This document shows, one piece after another, positions 1-6,478 of a DNA stretch of 6,478 bases. The stretch lies in assembly GCA_051294375.1 (NCBI GenBank), contig JBJCIZ010000989.1, positions 1 through 6,478 of the forward strand. Direction: 5' to 3'. The position numbers and the translations under genes were made by a program. How positions within the stretch are numbered: position 1 is the first letter of the stretch; every line of letters begins with the position of its first letter. Under the pieces are notes generated by a model that did no database searches, had not been told where the DNA came from, and was given only the letters and a program-made list of their open reading frames with translations. The stretch comes from Paraspadella gotoi. Lineage: Eukaryota > Animalia > Chaetognatha.

Positions 1-80
1 GGCGAACCAGCTAGGAATTCACACCAAAGAGCAAAAATGACCCACCGGCCCGCTCCGACGAAACTCAATCGGAATTCTGT

Positions 81-98
81 CCCCCACCCACCCCGCCC
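81..98 (-). other. Putative G-quadruplex motif (i-motif on + strand)
   Basis: + strand CCCCC-A-CCC-A-CCCC-G-CCC = - strand GGG-C-GGGG-T-GGG-T-GGGGG: four G-runs with 1-nt loops. Confidence 0.6.
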
Positions 99-393
99 GA
101 CTGGGAGAATGGAACCCCGAAAACCTGTTTTTAAAAAAATTTGGCCCCCATCAAAAGCTTTGTCTGCTTGCGAAGAATTGAAATTCGTTTTTGCAGAATG
201 ACGTTAATCGTTCTTCTTGCAAAGAATTTCATTCCCATTTATGTGGAAAAACATTTGATTTCAGGGCCAAGAATTATTTTCAATGTAGTCGCCAAGAAAT
301 GAAAAAACAGAAACGGTTATTCCAAGGTTGTTGCACCGCATTACTTTTTTTTACTTATCATGTTCATTTATTCCTATAGTGTAATATTTCTTT

Positions 394-398
394 AAAAC

Positions 399-429
<31 letters not shown>

Positions 430-489
430 AAAAAAAAAAAAAAAAAAAAATAAAAACAAAAAAAAAAAAAAAAAAATAAACAAAAAAAA

Positions 490-523
<34 letters not shown>

Positions 524-528
524 AAAAA

Positions 529-608
<80 letters not shown>
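394..608 (+). repeat. Interrupted poly(A) tract (~215 bp)
   Basis: Almost pure A with isolated C/T interruptions; produces the poly-Phe ORFs on the - strand. Confidence 0.95.
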
Positions 609-612
<4 letters not shown>

Positions 613-694
613 GGGCGATAGTAGTGCCGCTTAATTTGATTTTTAACAAATGAGCAACAACACTATAGGCAGTTATAAAGTGTTTTAATGTAAG

Positions 695-771
695 TGGGAC
701 AGGACCCAAACGACCGACGGACCACCGACCGAACAGTGACTTATAGAGTTGCTCCGCGGCGCAACTAAAAA
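695..771 (-). mobile_element. 5' end of a DINE-1/HINE-like non-autonomous Helentron-type element (fragment; other end unresolved)
   Basis: - strand reads TTTTT-AGTTGCGCCGCGGAGCAACT-CTATAAGTCACTGTT-CGGTCGGTGGTCCGTCGGTC: T-run, 20-bp near-palindrome (747-766), then a degenerate GGTC/CGTC tetranucleotide microsatellite (711-732). This order matches the known DINE-1/HINE 5' architecture. No convincing 3' subTIR was found. Confidence 0.55.
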
Positions 772-1749
772 TTTTTGAAACATTGATTATCATTATGATA
801 TAATTGTCAGGAGTGATTTTGATTGTTTTTGAGAATTAAAGTTGATAGTGTGCAAGAATTGAATCTATGTAGAAAAATGGTCTTGATAATGTATCCAAGA
901 ATTGTAATTTATTTTACGATTTATGTTGATTGTTGTGGCGAAGAATTGGTAAATCCATGGTCTCGAATTTTAAGTTCCATATAAAAAATTCATTGGCATA
1001 TAATGTCAAAAGTATTTAACATTACGTTAAAAATTAGTTTTTTAAACCGTTACCCCCTTGAAAAAAAAGAGTAGGAGGCACTATAAGGATAACGGCTTGC
1101 GACACAATTTCTCGTAGTACGCGATAAAAAAATCGAAAGCCAAGAATCGAAAGCCGATTTTTTTTCTCTTCTCACTTTATAATAAAAAAACCATTTTGCG
1201 CGTAAGGAACAATTTTAGTTTTATATCCTCGGGTTTATTTTCGGCGGAAACGCTTGGAGATTCTCTCCGATTGCCAGTCGCATTAGCGATGCTTCAAGAA
1301 TACGATTTAGAAAACCACTCGATTGCACCGCATCTGGGTCGAGAGCGAATGACGAGGAGAGCGAAGGCGTTTGAGATGAATGGATCGAGGACGAATGGCA
1401 TCGAGAACGAGTGGCAAAACGTGAATAACTTAAAGACCGCGTAAAAGCAGTGGCCAGTAAGAGCCTCTCCAAATCTGAACAGTAGATTTTCTTTCTATTA
1501 TTATTCCATTATTTTTCTTCCGTTTCGCTTTTCTTTCCATAATTCTTTCTTTCCTTCACCCATATCGCGATTTTGTCTCTCCCCATTCATTGCGCTGAGA
1601 TCCATTTTAAGTGCATAATATTCGCTGCATATGTCCCTTTTTGCACTTCTGCCTCCCTCTTTACCCCGTTCCTCTTTGAGCCACCAACTCGATTTTTAAG
1701 CGTCTGGATTTCTTTTTGGTCTTAAACCTCATTTGACGAAAATAATTCA

Positions 1750-2475
1750 CCGACTCCTTCTTTTCGTTTTTTTTCTTCTAAAACTTATCTTTACTCTTAA
1801 GATTTTTTCTTCTTTCTTTTTTCTTTTCTCTTTCATATTGATACTTTAAAATCTTTCTCTATTCCTTTTTCTCTTTTATCTTTCGCTTTTCTGCTTCTAT
1901 CTTTTACACTTTCTAGTATTTACTTCCTTTTTTCATCTTTCTTATTTTTCCGTTTTTTCCTCATGTTTTTTTCCTTTTTTTCTGTTTCCTTTTTCTCTTT
2001 ATTTCTCTTCTCTTTGTTCTTATCTTTCCCTCTTTTTTTTCATTTTTCTCTTTATCTTTCTATCTCTTTTCTTTTTTTTCCTTTATTCTTTCCTTTTCTT
2101 TTCTTGTTCTTTTTCCTTCCTCTTCTCTTTCTTTAACATTTCCTTTTCTTTTTAACTTTTCTTTTCTCTTTCCTATTTCTGCTTTTCTCTTTCTCTTTCT
2201 CTTTTCTTTATCTTTTCCCTTTCTTTTTATCTTTTCTCTTTCACCTCTTTCTTATTTCTCTTTTCCCTGTTTCTTTCTTTATCTCCTTTCTTTTTCATCT
2301 TCTCTTTCTCTTCATTTTTCTTTTATATTTCCTCTTTTTTATTTCTCTCTCCATTTTCTTTTTCCTCTTCCACTTTTTCTTCTTTTTCTTTCAATCTTGA
2401 TCCTCAATCTTTCCCATTTTCTTTTTTTCCTCCATCCGTCTTTTCTTTCCTTTTTCTTTTTCTCCTTTTCTTCAC
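1750..2475 (+). repeat. Long T/C-rich polypyrimidine low-complexity tract
   Basis: ~720 bp of degenerate TTTC/TTCTC/TTTTC words with very few purines and no fixed period. Confidence 0.92.
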
Positions 2476-2483
2476 CTCCATAG

Positions 2484-2701
2484 AGGACGCCCCTTGGAAA
2501 ACCGCTCCCCAGGAAGTCTCCTCAACAAATGATCTACTCGAATCGCAAACTTCACCTCGCCAACATTCGTCGTGTTGCCACGTCCCACCTACGCTCCCGA
2601 TTGACTCCGACACCCACCTGCCCCCTCAACCCTCAACCCCAGGTTCTACTTTAATCGAAGTGTCGAAACCCTTCTCATCTCCAATTCAGAATGAAATTTA
2701 A
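2484..2701 (+). other. Possible exon or coding remnant (Pro/Ser-rich, unknown product)
   Basis: GC-richer island starting at TAG (2481-2483) right after the pyrimidine tract; stop-free frame DAPWKTAPQEVSSTNDLLESQTSPRQHSSCCHVPPTLPIDSDTHLPPQPSTPGSTLIEVSKPFSSPIQNEI to TAA 2699-2701. No recognisable domain. Confidence 0.2.
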
Positions 2702-2763
2702 AAACAGAATAGTGTTAAATTTTATGTAAATACCTTTTTTATAAGTGAAAACCTTGACATGAA

Positions 2764-3201
2764 CACTATACGACGTATGACAACTAATAATTTCAGATGA
2801 ATCAGAACCAAGAATGAATCGGATTCCGTGAACTCGGATAGAGTTTTACAAGGACCCGCCGGATTGGAAGAATATCCTCGGAATCAACCAATGAGAAGAC
2901 GGGCGAAGTAAACATGACCCAAAAAATTTATACAACCCAATTCTTGCCAAGTATTAACAGTTAAATTGTAGGGTTAGGCCGGATCGAGTTCAGAGTTAGC
3001 CTTGCCTGTCTGTATTCCTGTAACTTTTCCATGATACCAAAATAAGTATATGAAGTTCATTTTTTTTAAATGTAAAGCGCATTATTGAATATTTACGTTT
3101 AAAAAATTTACCGCACTCTAATATGCAAATGAGATTAAAGGACAAATGATTTCTCAATATAAATTATTATGTTATAAACTTTCTTTTAGTTGTGTCGTAT
3201 A
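2764..3201. mobile_element. Possible degenerate TIR element (MITE-like)
   Basis: Left CAC-TATACGAC-gtatg-ACAACTAA (2764-2787) versus right TTAGTTGT-GTCGTATA (3186-3201; reverse complement TATACGAC-ACAACTAA): 16 matching bases with a 5-nt insertion on the left. No TSD; the right end lacks terminal GTG. Confidence 0.3.
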
Positions 3202-3256
3202 ATTAAAGAAAATGTTTGAATAAGAGTTCAACAACGATTTTTATTTTTCAGAGGAA

Positions 3257-3300
3257 AAACAGACATGTTTCGGCTTACATTTAAGCATTCATCAACATTT
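3257..3300 (-). ncRNA. Degenerate second hammerhead copy (probably impaired)
   Basis: - strand AAAUG-UUGAUGA-A-UGCUUA-AAUG-UAAGCC-GAAA-CAUGUC-UGUUU: C3->U in the core and G->U at the base of stem II; stem I pairs via two G.U wobbles plus three A-U pairs. Confidence 0.65.
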
Positions 3301-3317
3301 AATTTGGTTGTTAAATT

Positions 3318-3361
3318 AAACGCTGATGAAGGCTTAAATATAAGCCGAAACATGTCCTTTT
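3318..3361 (+). ncRNA. Minimal type I hammerhead ribozyme (intact catalytic core)
   Basis: AAACG (stem I 5') - CUGAUGA (3323-3329) - extra A - GGCUUA/AAUA/UAAGCC (stem II, 3331-3346) - GAAA (3347-3350) - CAUGUC (very short, self-complementary ACAUGU stem III; GUC cleavage triplet 3354-3356) - CUUUU (stem I 3', 4 of 5 pairs). Confidence 0.8.
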
Positions 3362-3533
3362 TTCCTCCGAAAAATAAAAATCGTTGTTGAACTCTTATTC
3401 AAACATTTTCCCTAATCAATATAAATCTAAATATTGGCAAGTTAATTAAAATTTGCACTGTCTTATCTTAGCAGTAATATTTATTTGTATATAGGTTAGT
3501 AACTCTTTTTTTGGAAAGAATATAAATAAAAAA

Positions 3534-3755
3534 CTGAAAGATTTTGTGACCTCGCTTTCGGTCAATTTTTCCTGGTCATTATTTTTTTTTCCTGGTCAAT
3601 TTTTCCTGACCTTTTCAGACCAGTCTTTTCACCGTTCTAGTCGCTTTCTTTTAGTCGAAAACCCCATCACTTGTTATTCGATCATAATTGTTTCTCTGGA
3701 AAAGATGGTCCGTATGGAGCCGTAGTTTTTACAGATTTTCTACCCCAATTTATTG
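3534..3755 (+). repeat. Direct repeat block A, copy 1
   Basis: CTGAAAGATTTTGTGACCTCG...TTTTCAGACCAGTCTTTT...ACTTGTTATTCGATCATAAT...TTTCTCTGGAAAAGAT...CAATTTATTG recurs at 4251-4458; this copy has an internal GGTCAATTTTTCCT expansion (3560-3607). Confidence 0.92.
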
Positions 3756-3962
3756 TACTTCTGAAGAGACAGTAATAATTGTTATGAGTTAATGACAGAA
3801 CCTTCAATATAAGCAGTCCCTGAGCTTCGGTTCAGGCAGTAACACCGTGTTACAGGTGAGTCAGATTGACAATTATTCAATGCTCTTTGCAATTTCATCG
3901 CCAAGAACTAGAAAATCTAAAAAAGAAAGGTTGGCTTCACGACGCCGCTGATTACATCAATA

Positions 3963-4115
3963 TCGCCATCTCCTTCGTCATCTCCATTGTCTCCTTCGTC
4001 GTCACCATCGTCGACTCCTTCGCCAACTTCATCGCTGACTTCAATGCCATTTCCTTCGCCGGATCCTTCATCGGCTCCATGACCGATTCCGTCGCCAAGA
4101 ACGTCGCTGAGTTCA
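3963..4115 (+). repeat. Degenerate 12-bp minisatellite (~13 units), Ser/Pro-rich coding potential
   Basis: Units TCGCCATCTCCT, TCGTCATCTCCA, TTGTCTCCT, TCGTCGTCACCA, TCGTCGACTCCT, TCGCCAACTTCA, TCGCTGACTTCA ... TCGCTGAGTTCA; frame +3 reads SPSPSSSPLSPSSSPSSTPSPTSSLTSMPFPSPDPSSAP*PIPSPRTSLSS. Confidence 0.8.
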
Positions 4116-4250
4116 ACAAAAAATAAACTATCGATAACCAAAGAACATCGTACAAATGAAGAATTAGAATATCTGGTCTCGTCTTCTCAATTTTCTCTCT
4201 ATACGTCAATTTTTGCTGAGGTTGAATCAATGTTTTATCAAGAAACGGTT

Positions 4251-4458
4251 CTGAAAGATTTTGTGACCTCGTTTCCAGTCAATTTTCCCTGGTCATTTAA
4301 TTGACATTTTCAGACCAGTCTTTTTACCGTTCTCGTCGCTTTCTTTTAGCTGAAAACCTCGTAACTTGTTATTCGATCATAATCATTTCTCTGGAAAAGA
4401 TCGGCCGTATGGAACCATAGTTTTTCGGAATCTAAGGATTTTCTACATCAATTTATTG
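4251..4458 (+). repeat. Direct repeat block A, copy 2
   Basis: Colinear with 3534-3755, with scattered substitutions and small indels; starts 717 bp after copy 1. Confidence 0.92.
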
Positions 4459-4585
4459 ATTTCGCCATTTAATTATTCTCTTTATTCACGATTTATTCAT
4501 CATTTATTCGTCCATGTTAAAGCAAGTTTAACCTACGGCCGACGATTCGAACATTTTCTACAGTAAAAACTACGTAACCCGTCTC

Positions 4586-4859
4586 GTGGACTCAGCAACC
4601 TATCCTTCGCCGGATCCTTCTTCGGCTCCACGACCGCTGAATTCGTCGCTGAATTCAACAAAAAATAAAGTCAACCGGCACCAAAAGATCGTCGAGTGTA
4701 TCTTCTGTGAAGAAAACCATACTTCATCTTCCTGTTCCCACTATCGAAATTTAAGTAGTGAATTGTTTAGGATGCTTTCGTCCAGGACACGAATCCATGG
4801 ACTGCCGCTCTGAGCTTTCAGGGACGAACAAAGCTTCAGGGAAAGTCCGGGTTATGTGA
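4586..4859 (+). pseudogene. Frameshifted Gag-like zinc-knuckle fragment, BEL/Pao LTR-retrotransposon type
   Basis: CIFCEENHTSSSC (C-x2-C-x3-H-x4-C, 4697-4735, frame +2) followed in frame +3 by CLGCFRPGHESMDC (C-x2-C-x4-H-x4-C, 4764-4805), ending at TGA 4857-4859. This knuckle order is characteristic of BEL/Pao Gag; the third knuckle and pol were not found. Confidence 0.7.
4603..4669 (+). repeat. Direct repeat block B, copy 2 (copy 1 at 4052-4127)
   Basis: TCCTTCGCCGGATCCTTC(A/T)TCGGCTCCA(T/C)GACCG...CGTCGCTGA(G/A)TTCAACAAAAAATAAA is present at both positions. Confidence 0.9.
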
Positions 4860-5525
4860 AGTGGATGACGCCGTCGACGACAACAAACATTCTAAATTAA
4901 ATGTATCACCCTTCTTCAAATATCTTTCAAAAATGTAAATTCCCTTGATAAATTCACTTGGTTGAATGAATTCTGCCTACAAAATTATTACCTTAGCGCA
5001 AAACGAATTTCGCCTCTCTCTCAACAAAATAGTGCACTTGCACTTGCAAAAATATCTCTTGCTATAAAATCTAAGTTTGTACATACAATTTATAAATTTT
5101 ACCACATTGGAATGTTATTTTTAACTTAGTTTTAAAATTGAAAACAAAACAAAAATATCCTAGAACTTGGGCCTTGGTTCATCTCTGGAGATGGACTTCC
5201 CAGTGACTATGTTTTTATTCGTTTTTATGACCGATTCATACGTTCATACGTTAGAGGGTCTCGTGCTTCTCAAGCCCGGCCGGCGCCCGCCGGCATCGCC
5301 CACAACAATCACCCTCTAACATCCGTCTGAAACTTGTTTCTACAAGTTACTAAACCATGTTTTTTTTTACTGTTTTCTCTCATTAACAGTAAATAAATTA
5401 ATTCCATTTTATTTTGTTGTTACAAAAAAGATTAAAGATGGCGCTCTTCACATTTGTGCGAAGATCGAAAAAAACTTCCTTTTCAATTTCGCTCTCAGGC
5501 TTTGTTTCGTTTCTTTCGCAACGAT

Positions 5526-5534
5526 GAGAAGAGA

Positions 5535-5594
<60 letters not shown>

Positions 5595-5625
5595 AGAAAG
5601 ATAGAGAGAGACAGAGAGAGAGAAA
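5526..5625 (+). repeat. (GA)n microsatellite 1
   Basis: ~100 bp GA dinucleotide array with few interruptions; source of the ER- and SL-repeat ORFs. Confidence 0.97.
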
Positions 5626-5770
5626 CAGAATCCGAAGTCGCGAATTCCGTGACATAAAAAACATTCACTTCCGGTGAGAGAGGGACGCGAAAAAAAAACT
5701 GAGGAAAAGAAAAGGCGCGGGAGAGAAACGTGAGAAAACGCGCGTCGTCATTCTAAATCTCGCGCGCGCC

Positions 5771-5774
5771 GGGA

Positions 5775-5822
<48 letters not shown>

Positions 5823-5837
5823 TGAGAGAGAGAGAGA
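5771..5837 (+). repeat. (GA)n microsatellite 2
   Basis: ~65 bp GA array, directly preceded by CGCGCGCGC (5761-5769). Confidence 0.97.
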
Positions 5838-6186
5838 AAAACTGCCGTGCGAATAGGAAGGGGAGAGACGCGCAAAAGGCCCTGATAGAAGAGAGAGGAC
5901 TGGTAAACCGCGCGCAAAGACGATCTTGACGATTGTATGGAGTTTCGAATATATATATATAATATGCATAGTTTAACCTATATAGGGAGTGTTCCCAATG
6001 GAGCCTAGTTACTATACTATTAATAATTAGGGCGGATCATATGCACGTAATAATTTTTCAGAATATGTTGCCTGTCGTGATCTTTACCTAATGTAGTTTA
6101 TTTGATTTCACATAATGATTTACCAAAAAATATTCAGGATCTACTGCAGATTTACAATTTTAAAAAATCTTCAATTGCGATCTGTG

Positions 6187-6210
6187 ATTGGTGGAAATTG
6201 GTCACGTGAC
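6187..6210. promoter_or_regulatory. Tandem reverse CCAAT boxes plus palindromic E-box (GTCACGTGAC)
   Basis: ATTGG at 6187-6191 and 6197-6201, immediately followed by the perfect 10-bp palindrome GTCACGTGAC (6201-6210; USF/TFEB-type consensus). Motif match only. Confidence 0.3.
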
Positions 6211-6478
6211 ATCGAATTTTTAGTTTAGTTTTATTTTTACTTATAAAAAGTTGTTTTTGAGTTAAGCAAGTGAAAATTTTTACGTATTTTAAAGCAATTA
6301 CTACATGATTTATGACAATATCAAAGAATTATAAGGAGTGAAAGAAATAAATAAAGGTTGTACGTTCATATCTCTCATCTTCTTTCTGAAGAATAATTCT
6401 ATCTTCTCGCATGTGGAAACTAACGTTCAAGCATCCCCCGTTCAAAATGAAGTCGACAAGAGTTTCAAAACGTATATT

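Larger units (their letters stand above)
3208..3410. mobile_element. Long palindrome: inverted pair of hammerhead-bearing repeats, likely Penelope-like element (PLE) pseudo-LTR remnant
   Basis: Arms 3208-3305 and 3313-3410 are reverse complements without indels (91/98 paired), spacer GGTTGTT. Each arm has a hammerhead motif followed by AATAAA (3373-3378; mirror TTTATT 3240-3245). The palindrome is directly seen; the PLE assignment is by architecture only. Confidence 0.75.

Noticed and set aside
1-14. GGCGAACCAGCTAG as a Helitron 3' end
   Set aside because: Any hairpin would lie outside the window, and CTAG is followed by G rather than T.
191-379. 62-aa ORF (also the 4366-4566 ORF)
   Set aside because: Short, TTG start, AT-rich with no motif; consistent with chance ORFs.
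364-793. Poly-Phe ORFs on the - strand
   Set aside because: Translation of the poly(A/T) tract; no coding signal.
1126-1164. AATCGAAAGCC direct duplication with flanking A/T-run inverted match
   Set aside because: Only two 11-bp copies; consistent with local slippage, not a CRISPR-like or iteron array.
1196-1472. Overlapping 82/83-aa ORFs in a GC-richer patch with a short 15-16 bp tandem repeat (1378-1416)
   Set aside because: Non-ATG starts and no recognisable motif; cannot be supported as CDS, though a decayed coding fragment is not excluded.
3706-3722. TGGTCCGTATGGAGCCG as a tRNA primer-binding site, making block A an LTR
   Set aside because: Not preceded by an LTR-terminal CA, not conserved in copy 2, no tRNA match recognised, and no TG...CA ends or TSD.
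3761-3790. CTGAAGA followed by weak stem GACAGT-AATA-ATTGTT as another hammerhead
   Set aside because: No GAAA after the stem and no stem III or cleavage triplet.
3866-4230. Three overlapping ORFs, one resembling a hydrophobic membrane peptide
   Set aside because: Explained by the stop-poor 12-bp minisatellite; homology favours a different, interrupted frame.
5398-5969. ER-repeat and SL-repeat ORFs
   Set aside because: Products of the (GA)n microsatellites.
6386-6430. CTGAAGA...GAAAC as another hammerhead
   Set aside because: The intervening sequence forms no stem II closing next to GAAA.

Overview
AT-rich eukaryotic (probably invertebrate, inferred) repeat-laden DNA with no intact protein-coding gene; most listed ORFs are by-products of low-complexity sequence. 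The standout is a 203-bp near-perfect palindrome (3208-3410; 98-bp arms, 7 mismatches, 7-nt spacer). Each arm carries a minimal type I hammerhead ribozyme motif of the kind found in Penelope-like element pseudo-LTRs: the + strand copy has an intact core and the - strand copy is mutated. Other content: a ~215-bp interrupted poly(A) tract; the 5' end of a DINE-1/HINE-like (non-autonomous Helentron-type) element; a ~720-bp polypyrimidine tract; a diverged tandem duplication (3534-~4860) with a 12-bp Ser/Pro-coding minisatellite and a frameshifted pair of Cys/His zinc knuckles resembling BEL/Pao Gag; and a CpG-rich block with two (GA)n microsatellites and promoter-type motifs.
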